Assembly (NCBI GenBank): GCA_050249195.1
Contig: JBFWQY010000013.1
Span: 24,293-88,292, forward strand
Direction: 5' to 3'
DNA length: 64,000 nt
Origin: Bdellovibrionales bacterium
GTDB lineage: Bacteria > Bdellovibrionota > Bdellovibrionia > Bdellovibrionales > UBA1609
The notes under the pieces are model-generated. The model saw only the letters and a list, made by a program, of their open reading frames with translations. It did not search any database and had not been told where the DNA came from. Positions 28,892 through 37,943 of the stretch are shown here, in pieces. Positions within the stretch are counted from its first letter, which is position 1, and each line of letters starts with the position of its first letter. A program made the position numbers and the translations under genes.

Positions 28892-29131
28892 TTATAGCGC
28901 CGTCTCCGGTTGTGAGGCGGGTCGATCTACCCTGATGAGCTTTGAGGCGTGAATTAGGGCGTCTGTGGCGGTTAGGCTTTGAATATTTGGGTCAGTCGAG
29001 AGGCGCTTCACCGCCTCGGCTATCTCCTGGACTATGGCTCGACGCTCCATCGGTAAGTAGAAGTGTGTGCCATAGCCGTCGTTGTGGACGGAGACTCGCT
29101 GGCTACAGACTTCGCATAAGCGCATTTGCAT
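28892..29131 (-). CDS. Phage hypothetical protein (79 aa)
   Basis: ORF only. Last minus-strand ORF of the phage early block. Confidence 0.35.
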   Translation of the reverse strand: MQMRLCEVCSQRVSVHNDGYGTHFYLPMERRAIVQEIAEAVKRLSTDPNIQSLTATDALIHASKLIRVDRPASQPETAL

Positions 29132-29244
29132 TGGGATCCTCTAGAACAACAGTTCAATCAAACTAAGACTTAAGAAAACTAAAACCGTAAGGCCGATAGA
29201 AACTAAGACGTAAGCTGTGAGTCTTCCCCACTCAAAAGGCGGCA

Positions 29245-29445
29245 TCAGTAAAACCCTTCAAATAACATTTCGACTCGACCGCACTTCTTACAGGTGGCGT
29301 TTGGTTGTTTCTTAAGACCACTCATTTCTGAAACCTCGATGGTCTTATCAGCTTTGACAAACCTTCCGCACTTCTCACAAACCGGAACGAAGACCGCACC
29401 GCCCTCGTAAGTAATGCGTCTGACGTTTTCATATTCTCCATCCAT
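29245..29445 (-). CDS. Phage zinc-ribbon protein (66 aa)
   Basis: Two CxxC pairs (CEKCGR ... CKKCGR). Confidence 0.5.
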   Translation of the reverse strand: MDGEYENVRRITYEGGAVFVPVCEKCGRFVKADKTIEVSEMSGLKKQPNATCKKCGRVEMLFEGFY

Positions 29446-29447
29446 CG

Positions 29448-29732
29448 TTAGCTCCGCATATAACTGTGAACGACTTCACGGATCCGTTCGAACGTGGCTT
29501 CGGCGTCCTGGATTTGATCTTCAGGGAGCATTCCACCGGGTGCATTGTATCTTCGCTTCAGATCGCCCACGAGTTTTGGAAACACTGACTCCAAACGCAT
29601 GAGGTTGTCGGTGTCGGCCTTTCGAACTGCAGCAGCGATCAAAGCGTTGAACGGCAGGTCTTTTGCGGCCAGGTGTTTACTTATCTCGTAGTCGACTAGA
29701 TTCAATTCATCCATGCTGTGCCTCTCTTTCAA
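29448..29732 (-). CDS. Phage hypothetical protein (94 aa)
   Basis: ORF in tight operon spacing. Confidence 0.45.
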   Translation of the reverse strand: MKERHSMDELNLVDYEISKHLAAKDLPFNALIAAAVRKADTDNLMRLESVFPKLVGDLKRRYNAPGGMLPEDQIQDAEATFERIREVVHSYMRS

Positions 29733-30169
29733 AGTCCTGGGAGTAGTTTGATGTCTTGGCCCGTGCGATAGGCTTCGGCCACTTGGGGGCTGGTGAGTTG
29801 TCCGATGGTCTTTCCACCTGGCATCACAATGTCGTAGTAGAACGCCTGTTCAACCGTTCGAATGCCGGAATCAACGGAAACAAGCTTTGCTTTCACATCC
29901 AAGACCAGTGCTCGCCAACGCTGTCTGTTCTCGCGTTTTGCACCGTCTTCTCCCCAAACGTAACGCTTTGGGTGTCCTTCGTTTGAGTCCTTGCGGGCGA
30001 GAGGAAGAGTGATTTTGACAAACCGATCTTTCAAACGAAAGGCGATAAAGGCCAATTCCGGTGTGGCCCCTGAAAAGAACTGCTCGGCTCCGTACTTTTG
30101 AACGAGGTTTCTAATTTCGCTTTCCGAGCGGTCAGCACTAACGGACGTATTTTGAGCATATCGCTTCAT
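29729..30169 (-). CDS. Phage hypothetical protein (146 aa)
   Basis: Start refined to MKRYAQNTS at 30169, which has a GGAGGAG RBS. Confidence 0.5.
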   Translation of the reverse strand: MKRYAQNTSVSADRSESEIRNLVQKYGAEQFFSGATPELAFIAFRLKDRFVKITLPLARKDSNEGHPKRYVWGEDGAKRENRQRWRALVLDVKAKLVSVDSGIRTVEQAFYYDIVMPGGKTIGQLTSPQVAEAYRTGQDIKLLPGL

Positions 30170-30179
30170 CTCTCCTCCT

Positions 30180-30602
30180 CTATGCATCTTTTGTGAGTTC
30201 AATGGGGCAAAAGAAATCTTCAGGCATGATCCAAAGCCAATAGATATTGGCCACGTCGATCAGGTTTCTTTGTTTTGGATAGACCTCAAGAGCTGTGGCT
30301 TCTTCTCCGAACACTTCGTTTTTGATTCGCTGGAGTTTGTTCCAATCGTGTTCGGGGAGTTCATCGTTTCTTCGGATCATCACCCGCTTGACCATTCCCC
30401 ACCCGCAGGAGTGATTGAACACTTGGACGATGTAGATATTGTTTTGAAAGACTTGGTCAGGCAAACGGCCCTGAGCTTTCCCGTCGTTCAGACTTAAATG
30501 CTTTTTGATCGCAAGGTCTGTTACGTCATAGAACTCATTCCAACCTTTCTTAACTAGGCGCTTTCCCTCGGCCTTTGCAGCCCTCATCATTTCTCTGTTC
30601 AT
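30180..30602 (-). CDS. Phage hypothetical protein (140 aa)
   Basis: Start refined to MNREMMRAAK at 30602 (GGAGG RBS, ATGA overlap with the upstream stop). Confidence 0.5.
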   Translation of the reverse strand: MNREMMRAAKAEGKRLVKKGWNEFYDVTDLAIKKHLSLNDGKAQGRLPDQVFQNNIYIVQVFNHSCGWGMVKRVMIRRNDELPEHDWNKLQRIKNEVFGEEATALEVYPKQRNLIDVANIYWLWIMPEDFFCPIELTKDA

Positions 30603-30841
30603 AGCGAACCTCCTACGTTCTGCGTGAACTCCTCGTAAACCCAAATATTCTGTGATTCGGATAGTGGTTCGGCGAGGAACACTTGCGGGCGCTCGCCATC
30701 GTATTTTACTTTTTCAACCGCAAAGGCGCGTCCCGATAGGAGCAACCCCATAACGACAGGGCATTTGATCCCTTGCTGTTTCAATTCCTCTTCCGTTGCT
30801 TTGATTCTTACATGCCGACACATCAATCGTTCCCCCTTCAA
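30599..30841 (-). CDS. Phage hypothetical protein (74-80 aa)
   Basis: ORF in the operon. An alternative start MCRHV lies at 30823. Confidence 0.4.
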   Translation of the reverse strand: MKGERLMCRHVRIKATEEELKQQGIKCPVVMGLLLSGRAFAVEKVKYDGERPQVFLAEPLSESQNIWVYEEFTQNVGGSL

Positions 30842-31065
30842 ATGAAAAACTCTAACCTAATCTTAAGCAGATACCCTTGAGGCACCTTTCGTTTAATACT
30901 TCGTAGTAAGTCTTCAAGCTCGTGACCCATTTCAAATACTGGATAGGTGTCGAGCGTGACCTCATATAGTGGCTTACCTTCAAATTCCTTCTCTTCGACT
31001 TTGACGTCTCTCACCAGGCTACAGGCCCGTGCTGCGACGGTGATCTCTGCTTCGGCGTTGTTCAT
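30838..31065 (-). CDS. Phage hypothetical protein (75 aa)
   Basis: Start refined to MNNAEAEI at 31065 (ATGA overlap with the upstream stop). Confidence 0.45.
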   Translation of the reverse strand: MNNAEAEITVAARACSLVRDVKVEEKEFEGKPLYEVTLDTYPVFEMGHELEDLLRSIKRKVPQGYLLKIRLEFFI

Positions 31066-31484
31066 TTGCGTTTCCCCTTTTTCTGAAAGAGCGATTTGAT
31101 CTCCACCTTTTCTGGGCGCTCTTCTTTTTCTTTCCAGAAGGTGACTTTGCAATGAGGGCATTGAGTGACGATGCTGCCTTGGAGTTTGACCCGACTGGTT
31201 TTAAGATTCTTTTTGGTCTTGGGGTCAGTGATCTTTAAAAGATCCTCCTTTGAAAGCTGGCCTAGCATCTCCTTTTTAGCCGGACACTTATGAACAACCT
31301 GTGTGGCGGTGTTGGGAATTTTGTATTTGATCATTCGAACTACGGCATGACTCTCAACGATCAAAACTCTATAGGTGACTTCATCGATCACGAACTCGTC
31401 ACCGATTTGCAGTTCCTTTTTGAAATTGCGTTTGACCGGATTTACTTTCTTTCTGTCGAAGACATCAAAGAGTGTGTATTCCAT
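31062..31484 (-). CDS. Phage hypothetical protein (140 aa), C-terminal Cys pair
   Basis: ORF with a CPHCKV motif near the C-terminus. Confidence 0.45.
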   Translation of the reverse strand: MEYTLFDVFDRKKVNPVKRNFKKELQIGDEFVIDEVTYRVLIVESHAVVRMIKYKIPNTATQVVHKCPAKKEMLGQLSKEDLLKITDPKTKKNLKTSRVKLQGSIVTQCPHCKVTFWKEKEERPEKVEIKSLFQKKGKRK

Positions 31485-32008
31485 CAGTTCACCTTCGTAT
31501 GCTGGTTAACGAGCTTCATCCGTCTGCCATCAAGGGCCGCGTTGATAATAGTGTTGAGCTGACCTGAGAAGGTGAGCCTGTCGAAGAACTCTATCTCGTC
31601 TTTTGTGATTTTCTTTTTCACAAAGACCATGCTGCGGATGAGGTGGGAGTGTTTGAAAAGCTCCTTCACCGATTTTCTGCATTGAGCGACGATTAGCTTT
31701 ATCTTATCATCGCCAACACCTGTGACTCCGGCATGATCAAGCTCCAGTTTCACATAGTGCGCGGTGAGGTTCCATGTGAGGTCAGGCATGCCGACCTTGT
31801 CGTAGGCTTGACCGCAAAGGGAGCAGCACTTGTCTTTGTAGAAGTTCTTTTTCTTTTCAAACCGCACCGCCTGGCGAACGATAACTTTTTGAGGGGCTAC
31901 CATTCGCTCCAACAAATCTTTGAAGGTGGGTTTTTCATCTGGGTGAAAGCCTGTGCAATAAAGGCACCACGGTATTCCATGTGTTGTTCGTTTGACTTCG
32001 ATGTTCAT
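31484..32008 (-). CDS. Phage hypothetical Cys-rich protein (174 aa)
   Basis: ORF with several Cys (WCLYCTG, CCSLCGQ), suggesting zinc binding. Confidence 0.45.
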   Translation of the reverse strand: MNIEVKRTTHGIPWCLYCTGFHPDEKPTFKDLLERMVAPQKVIVRQAVRFEKKKNFYKDKCCSLCGQAYDKVGMPDLTWNLTAHYVKLELDHAGVTGVGDDKIKLIVAQCRKSVKELFKHSHLIRSMVFVKKKITKDEIEFFDRLTFSGQLNTIINAALDGRRMKLVNQHTKVN

Positions 32009-32508
32009 AGTTGCTCTCCAATCCGTTGTTTTATTTCTTGATAGGGAATTTTTCTTAAGTCGTCCCAGAGAAAGATCCTAAACTTTGGGATTGAGACTAA
32101 GACCGTAGTGGCGGCTTTAAGGTCGGCTCTCTTAAAAAGTTTCGTCTCGCACATGCAGTAGACCTGATCGAAGTTCTTGGTGAAAATCAGAAGTGGAATG
32201 CGATTTGATTTTCTGGCGTCGGCAAGACATTGATTCCACCAAGCGTTGATCTGTTTGTTGGGCTTTCCTCCTAAGAACGAACTTGAAAATGACCAACCCT
32301 CTTGATGCTTCAGCTCCACACAGAAAATAAACTCCACCATGTCCTTTGGACTTTTGGGTGTGACGTCGCCAGTCTTTGCCCATCCACCGGAGAGCGGTGT
32401 GCGTTTGCAAACGAAGCCACACCAATCGGAAAAGTCCTTTGCAATTACTCGTTCGAACCGCGAGCCTTTACTACGCGAGTTCTTGCGTTTTTTCTTTATT
32501 TTTTTCAT
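32005..32508 (-). CDS. PD-(D/E)XK nuclease, Holliday-junction-resolvase-like
   Basis: SKGSRFERVIAKDF ... SGGWAKTGDVT ... FCVELKH (D...E-x-K arrangement). Located in the replication/recombination module. Confidence 0.45.
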   Translation of the reverse strand: MKKIKKKRKNSRSKGSRFERVIAKDFSDWCGFVCKRTPLSGGWAKTGDVTPKSPKDMVEFIFCVELKHQEGWSFSSSFLGGKPNKQINAWWNQCLADARKSNRIPLLIFTKNFDQVYCMCETKLFKRADLKAATTVLVSIPKFRIFLWDDLRKIPYQEIKQRIGEQL

Positions 32509-33383
32509 TGGAGAATAACCCCCTCTCGTCGCGCCTTTGGAGGCCGCGTCTCTTTTGACAGTACAAAGATGTCTTTGATTTCATTTTGAATCCCAAAGGT
32601 CGATGGATCGTGTTCGGCGAATACGCCAATGCCTGGCTTGGTTCTTTCAAATTGGTAGTGCTTTAAAACTTCGTGCTTCTCTTCCTTGGTGAGCACTTCA
32701 CCTACACTAAAGAGGTATTTGTTGCGGTTTAAAATCTTTTGATCAAACGAGTTCAGAGGGAACTTGCGTCCGGTCTTTAATTTATGTTGTATCAATCGCT
32801 TGGCGCGATCACGGCCCAGGCGCTTAATGCCTGTGACTGAGTATTGAGCGTCGCCGACGATGGACTTCCAGAGCAGATAGTATTTGGGTGGGAAACCTAA
32901 AATGAGTTCCGCCTCGATCTCTGAGATGATCAGACCGTCCTTTGGTTCCATCACTTGCAGGTCAGGTTTTAGAATTTGGAAATAATCTTTGCTGGCCGAG
33001 ACGACGAGCTTTGGCTTCTGAAGAATCTTTGAGAGATAACCAATGGCATCCTTGGATTCTATTCCAATGGGGGAGATCGACCTCACTGGACAATGACTTA
33101 GGAAGTAAGTGGCAATCTCAATTTCATTTGCAAGTGCCTTCTTTTCTTTTTCATCCCGACGTTCATTTCGGAGCGACCCGTACTTTGAATAGAACTCCTG
33201 CTTTGATTTTGAGAAGTGATCGCCAAACACCACGCAGATGGTTTGTGGTTGGAACTCTTTCATCGTTGATACGATCAAAGAAAATAGGGCCTTAACCGAA
33301 GAGAAGCGCTCTTGATTTGAGTAAAAGACAGGAACCATAACGCTTCTGGCGTCAATAAAGACATGGGTGTAGTGGGACTTCAT
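32505..33383 (-). CDS. 5'-3' exonuclease / flap endonuclease (Pol I N-terminal-domain-like)
   Basis: PIN-like N-terminus (HVFIDARS...ICVVFGDH) and H3TH-like segment LLWKSIVGDAQYSVTGIKRLGRDRAKRLI. Start refined to MKSHYTHV at 33383. Confidence 0.65.
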   Translation of the reverse strand: MKSHYTHVFIDARSVMVPVFYSNQERFSSVKALFSLIVSTMKEFQPQTICVVFGDHFSKSKQEFYSKYGSLRNERRDEKEKKALANEIEIATYFLSHCPVRSISPIGIESKDAIGYLSKILQKPKLVVSASKDYFQILKPDLQVMEPKDGLIISEIEAELILGFPPKYYLLWKSIVGDAQYSVTGIKRLGRDRAKRLIQHKLKTGRKFPLNSFDQKILNRNKYLFSVGEVLTKEEKHEVLKHYQFERTKPGIGVFAEHDPSTFGIQNEIKDIFVLSKETRPPKARREGVILQ

Positions 33384-34393
33384 GTGCTCCCCCCGGATAA
33401 GGCCCACGCAGGATAAAGATGTCTGCCCTCGATAGGAGCAAAGCCTCTTCCGTCATCGGACGTGGTTCCTAAGATGAAATCGTCCTCATAACGATTCGTT
33501 TCAATATTGAATGCACACTTGGCGATATAGCGAGACACCGAGCCGTCGACTCTGAACTTCGCCACGCGAATGAAGGTGGAGAATTTCTTTGGATCCACAG
33601 GAGCGTCCCGGTCAGGGGAGAGCAGGATTGCTTTTGTGGCAATCTTTGTGATGTTCGATGTTCCGTGGAAGTCATCGATCTCAGGTGCGACGGTGCGAAA
33701 CTTTTTATCGGCCTTCTTTATGTGGGCCACAAGAATGATTGGAAGGTTTGATAATAGAGCGAGGTCACGGATCCGCTTTACAATGTCGGTGACGGCTTTG
33801 TTTTCGTTTGGCTCGTCAGTGTCGAAGTAGTTTAAGTGATCGACAATGACGAGATCGGTCTCGTCTTTAAAGAGCATGAGATGCCTTTGCAGGTCCTCGA
33901 TCTTGAATTCTGTTTTTCGATAAATGGTTCTAAAAGTTTTAAAGCTCTTTTGGAAACGCTCATCGGCCTGTGCCTCGTAGGGAGCGAACGCCTCTCCAAG
34001 TTTATTGTGATACCAGTTACGGTAGTTGACGGCTCTGATAATCACCTTATCGGGCCGCTGATCGTGGAAATAGGCTTGTGCCGCCAGTTTAAATTTTATG
34101 CGACTTTCGATTTCGCACTCTTCCGCCTCTAATGGGAAAAAGAGAATGCGCTTTCCCTTCCAAGCATTGAAGGCTCCAATGTGGGTTACGAGTTCTGTTT
34201 TGCCTGTGCCTGTCGGTGCGCCAAGGATGATGAGATCGTTTCTGGCAATTCCCTCAAGAGCGCAATTTAAAAACTTCACGCCAAAGTCTAAGAGATTCTC
34301 AGCTCTGGTTTTTCGAAGTTCCTTTTCTCTTTTTGATCGCTCTTCGATGGTGGGGATTTTCACCATCAGGCGCTCGTTTGCATCTATTTCCAT
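33380..34393 (-). CDS. DnaB-like / RepA-like replicative helicase (RecA-fold)
   Basis: Walker A ILGAPTGTGKTELV and Walker B DLVIVDHLNYF. Start refined to MEIDANE at 34393. Confidence 0.7.
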   Translation of the reverse strand: MEIDANERLMVKIPTIEERSKREKELRKTRAENLLDFGVKFLNCALEGIARNDLIILGAPTGTGKTELVTHIGAFNAWKGKRILFFPLEAEECEIESRIKFKLAAQAYFHDQRPDKVIIRAVNYRNWYHNKLGEAFAPYEAQADERFQKSFKTFRTIYRKTEFKIEDLQRHLMLFKDETDLVIVDHLNYFDTDEPNENKAVTDIVKRIRDLALLSNLPIILVAHIKKADKKFRTVAPEIDDFHGTSNITKIATKAILLSPDRDAPVDPKKFSTFIRVAKFRVDGSVSRYIAKCAFNIETNRYEDDFILGTTSDDGRGFAPIEGRHLYPAWALSGGST

Positions 34394-35289
34394 AGTTCGG
34401 GGAATTCCTCTTTCATGATTGAAACGACTTCGTTGTTTTGTCGGCCATACCATTTAAGCCAGGAGAAGATGGTCGGCCCCCCGCCGTTAGGTGAACCGAT
34501 GCGCTTATTGGTATCGATCCAGCAGCTGGTGCTTTTGTTATTCACGAAAATATTCAGATTGCCGCTTGAAACTCTTTTGAAGGTGTATTGCTCGCCAAAC
34601 ACATGCGAACCACCTGAAAGCCGCTTAAGGGATTCTTCGCAATCCAGGTTGAAAACTTTCTCCCAGAGATTATCTCCATGAACTTTGAAAACAGTTCGGA
34701 GTTCTTGTTTCGCAACGGCCTCTTTCTCTTTGGCCTTTGAGAGCTTGAATGCGTAAAACATATCGTCTTCGGTGTATCTGCCGGGATTCCAATAAAGAAC
34801 TTTGACGAGAAAAGGATCCTTGGGATTCTTCACATGAAAAAACCCAGGCACACGCAGGAGCCTTGAGACATCTTTGGCTCTCGGATCACCGTCAAAGAAG
34901 GGAATGAGTCTGTCCTGCACAATAGCTTCGTAAGTATCTTGTGTTGCGTTCTTTGCGTTCCAGTAAATGTGAAAGCCATTTTTGGATTCGATGACGAGAT
35001 TCGGATAGAGCGGGACCCTTTTAAGGATTTCCAACTGCTTCTCTTTTGAACCTTTGTCGATGTCGATGGCCCACGCAGTGATACGATCAAGATTTTCTTT
35101 TTTCCTTGAGCCTTTAAAAAGCTGAACCGTGTGGAAGATCCCCCAGCCTGTCTTGTTCCAACTCTCTGCCTCATCTTCGACAATGGGGATTGCACCAGAC
35201 TTTTGATCCGAGTCGTGCATTCGATATAGGCTTCTGTGAAAACCAAATTTTTCTTCAATCACAGAATAGAGTCTTCGTTCGGGCTGCAT
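34384..35289 (-). CDS. Archaeo-eukaryotic-type primase-polymerase (prim-pol)
   Basis: DxD motif WAIDIDKGS, sxH motif NGFHIYW, and RVPGFFHVKNP. Start refined to MQPERRLY at 35289, which has an AAGGAG RBS. Confidence 0.75.
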   Translation of the reverse strand: MQPERRLYSVIEEKFGFHRSLYRMHDSDQKSGAIPIVEDEAESWNKTGWGIFHTVQLFKGSRKKENLDRITAWAIDIDKGSKEKQLEILKRVPLYPNLVIESKNGFHIYWNAKNATQDTYEAIVQDRLIPFFDGDPRAKDVSRLLRVPGFFHVKNPKDPFLVKVLYWNPGRYTEDDMFYAFKLSKAKEKEAVAKQELRTVFKVHGDNLWEKVFNLDCEESLKRLSGGSHVFGEQYTFKRVSSGNLNIFVNNKSTSCWIDTNKRIGSPNGGGPTIFSWLKWYGRQNNEVVSIMKEEFPELWK

Positions 35290-36161
35290 GTGTTCTCCTT
35301 TCCGCACACGATAATTTCTTTGTCTGCTGCATGACCGTTGGGCTTGATCCAATCGATCCAATAAGTCTTGGACATGAAATGTCCCCACGTCTTGATGAAG
35401 CTAATGTCGTAGTCGAAGCGTTTTCGTTTTTCGGATTTGATGTGCTCGTCGTAGTTGATGACGGCTGATTTAAGTTTGTCGTACTGCTCTTGAGTTTTGA
35501 TCTGGGCTTTGCACTTCTGCATGCCAAGGGACTTCTTCATGTCCTTGCCGCGCTTCGGAAAGAGTTTGTAAAGGGCTTCAAAGTCGAAATGGACACCATT
35601 AGATGGCGGATCCGCCTGGGTGGGTGCGAGAGGCGTATGCCCGTTAGATCCGCCCGAATCCGCCTTCGCGGTATTGGTCTTCTTATTTGGTATTATTATA
35701 TTGGTATTATTGGAGGCTGATAATCGTACTAGGTCTGGTTCGATTATCGTACTAGAACTAGGCTGTTTATCGCCCTGGTTCGAATTCTGACCTAGTTCGA
35801 ATTTCGTACTAGGGGTAGTTCGATAATCATCCTGGTTCGAATTTCGTCCTAGTTCGATTACCGTACTAGGAAGAGTCCATTTATCCGGCGAGTTAATTTG
35901 ATATTCGTTTGCCACTCCACCTGTATGTCCCTTCCGGGTCACTTGAATGATGTTGCTCTGGCAAAGCTCTCGGATTGCCAGTCCTACGGTGGATCTTGAT
36001 AGGCCAGTCTCTTGTCGAATTCTTGAGTAACTCGGATGAGAAGGCGAGTAGGACGCAATCACACCATAAACACGATAAGCACTGCAGGAGATCGAACTCC
36101 CCGCACGAGCAAGTTTATTAGGTGTCATGTGCCATCCTTTGTCGGCCTTCTTTGTAGCCAT
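35259..36161 (-). CDS. Phage replication initiator-like wHTH protein (contains the iteron array)
   Basis: N-terminal wHTH (YSRIRQETGLSRSTVGLAIRELCQSNIIQVTRKG). The central part is encoded by the 17-bp-period repeats. Confidence 0.6.
   Translation of the reverse strand: MATKKADKGWHMTPNKLARAGSSISCSAYRVYGVIASYSPSHPSYSRIRQETGLSRSTVGLAIRELCQSNIIQVTRKGHTGGVANEYQINSPDKWTLPSTVIELGRNSNQDDYRTTPSTKFELGQNSNQGDKQPSSSTIIEPDLVRLSASNNTNIIIPNKKTNTAKADSGGSNGHTPLAPTQADPPSNGVHFDFEALYKLFPKRGKDMKKSLGMQKCKAQIKTQEQYDKLKSAVINYDEHIKSEKRKRFDYDISFIKTWGHFMSKTYWIDWIKPNGHAADKEIIVCGKENTCSPNEDSIL
35717..35869. repeat. Iteron-like array: six copies of a 19-bp unit RGTTCGAWWWYCGTMCTAG (candidate phage origin)
   Basis: Units read at 35737-35755, 35777-35795, 35794-35812, 35817-35835, 35834-35852 and 35851-35869, plus a partial unit at 35717-35732. 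Within the two blocks the period is 17 bp. Confidence 0.7.
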
Positions 36162-36164
36162 CGA

Positions 36165-36551
36165 TCACCCGTATCTGCGCTTCAGATTGTTGTAGAACCT
36201 CATGAGTGAAGTGTGTTGGCGCTCCGATAGGGAGCCCCGCTCGGTCCACGAATCATAGAGAGACTCGACGAAACTCAAAGCCTCAGTGTCTTCGAGCATC
36301 CCCAAGACGTAGTCGAAAATATCTTCGTATTCTGATAGGCTGAACTGATCACCACCGCCTCTGCGCCGATGAGAGGTAGGCGAATAACTTTTTTGAATTG
36401 TATCAGACCATCCCGCCTCCATGCGCTTTTGCATTGGCGTTACCGAGCAAAGACTGCTGATAACTTCTCGATCTTCTTCTATAGAGGAAACAATTGGTGG
36501 TGCTGGCTTATCCAACTCTCCTTCTGTAAATTTCATTGTTTTGACGTTCAT
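36165..36551 (-). CDS. Phage hypothetical protein (128 aa)
   Basis: ORF in the operon. Confidence 0.45.
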   Translation of the reverse strand: MNVKTMKFTEGELDKPAPPIVSSIEEDREVISSLCSVTPMQKRMEAGWSDTIQKSYSPTSHRRRGGGDQFSLSEYEDIFDYVLGMLEDTEALSFVESLYDSWTERGSLSERQHTSLMRFYNNLKRRYG

Positions 36552-37432
36552 GGATTCTCCTGTTGATTTTGACTTTGTTGTTCATGTGGAAACTTAAAAA
36601 CGTGTTTTCCATCTTTTGTCCTCGTGACTTTCACGCCCATGCAATTGACCTTCGAGTGCGGAAGCATACCGATAATGCATTCACGAATTTGCTTCTCGTG
36701 CGCTTTATCCTTTCGATGATGAGCATCCATCAGATGCGAAAATGCTTCGATACTGAAGGCGTCGGTCAGTTCCAGCGTGTCGAGTTCGGTCAATGGCGGT
36801 GGAGTTTTTGAAACCAAGAGTTCGCGGAATTCGAAGACCTTCGCCATGACCCTATTTACATAGTCAGGATCAAAGGTGATCTCCATCGTTTGAGTATCGT
36901 CTTCTTGATTGTTGTAGACAGTGAAGTCGCACTCTAGAAATCCACTTACAAATGACTGCTGACAAAGTTGTGGAAGGTAGCGCCTTAATAGTGGAGCTGC
37001 TGGAACCTTCTTTGCTGCTGCTACATGAATCGACTTCGGCGAGTTTTTCACCGCCATGTAGTTGTCGACACCGACGTACTTGTTCTCCCAGAATCGCTTA
37101 ATATCTACGTTTAGCCCATCAAACGACGCTTTGATAAAATGGTGAGTAGAGTGCTCGGCACAAACCCCACGCTTATATTCACGATCCGTTTCAAGACCGC
37201 TCATTGCATGGCCACGAGCTTCGAAAGCTCTTGCCTTCTCGACCAAATAATCGTTTAAGTGCTTTCTGCCGGATGCAACTCTGCCGTAGAGTTTCTCATC
37301 GAACAGCATTCTTGGTGATGTGTACTTGTCCACTCCCCAAATTGCCGGAGCGTCAGATGCTCCGAGACTTAAAGAGTCAGACCGCCACCTCTCCCATTCG
37401 GGAGTGTTCTGTTTAAGCTTTATGATTTCCAT
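36548..37432 (-). CDS. YqaJ-like / lambda-Exo-like recombination exonuclease
   Basis: N-terminus LKQNTPEWERWRSDSLSLGASDAPAIWG is typical of YqaJ. Sits next to the annealing-ATPase genes. Confidence 0.65.
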   Translation of the reverse strand: MEIIKLKQNTPEWERWRSDSLSLGASDAPAIWGVDKYTSPRMLFDEKLYGRVASGRKHLNDYLVEKARAFEARGHAMSGLETDREYKRGVCAEHSTHHFIKASFDGLNVDIKRFWENKYVGVDNYMAVKNSPKSIHVAAAKKVPAAPLLRRYLPQLCQQSFVSGFLECDFTVYNNQEDDTQTMEITFDPDYVNRVMAKVFEFRELLVSKTPPPLTELDTLELTDAFSIEAFSHLMDAHHRKDKAHEKQIRECIIGMLPHSKVNCMGVKVTRTKDGKHVFKFPHEQQSQNQQENP

Positions 37433-37446
37433 TCAACCCGCTTTAC

Positions 37447-37941
37447 TTATAAAAGAGGGTCCTGATCGTTCGGATCAGAAGTGTTCATTTCCTTTCGAGC
37501 TTGCACCATCGAACCGCGCAGATCACCGAGCTGGTTCTTTAATGACTGAGCTTCGCCCCCAGTGGGTTTTGCGATGCCAACGGCACTTGGATCATTCACC
37601 CAGCCAATTTTGTTTTTAACTTTGCCGTTGTAAGACTCTTGAATGACTTCGATCTCGTAGAGACCTTTTTCATCCAGCTTGCCAGAGCCATAGTGATAAT
37701 CGATCAGCACGGACGGGTCGTTGCCCTGAAGTTTTAGAATGGCCAAAAGCTGAAGCGCGTACTTCTTGCCGTTGTCGGTAAAATATTTGTAACAGGTGAG
37801 CTTTCGCTTTCCGAGTCCTGGCACATCAAACTCAAACATCACCTGAAGTTCGAGCGACGTTTGGCCCTCGCGCTTTACAATTCCGTAGTCCACAACTTTT
37901 CCCATGTATTTTCCCACGGGGATTAGATTCTTGTCGTTCAT
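37447..37941 (-). CDS. Phage protein, possibly DUF669-like ssDNA-binding partner of Sak4
   Basis: 164 aa. The call rests on position immediately downstream of the AAA_24-type ATPase. Sequence resemblance is weak. Confidence 0.35.
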   Translation of the reverse strand: MNDKNLIPVGKYMGKVVDYGIVKREGQTSLELQVMFEFDVPGLGKRKLTCYKYFTDNGKKYALQLLAILKLQGNDPSVLIDYHYGSGKLDEKGLYEIEVIQESYNGKVKNKIGWVNDPSAVGIAKPTGGEAQSLKNQLGDLRGSMVQARKEMNTSDPNDQDPLL

Positions 37942-37943
37942 AA

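Noticed and set aside
35737-35869. Repeated GGTTCGAAT/AGTTCGATT words look like tRNA T-arms.
   Set aside because: They recur with a 17-bp period inside a coding sequence and lack acceptor or anticodon arms. They are interpreted as iterons.
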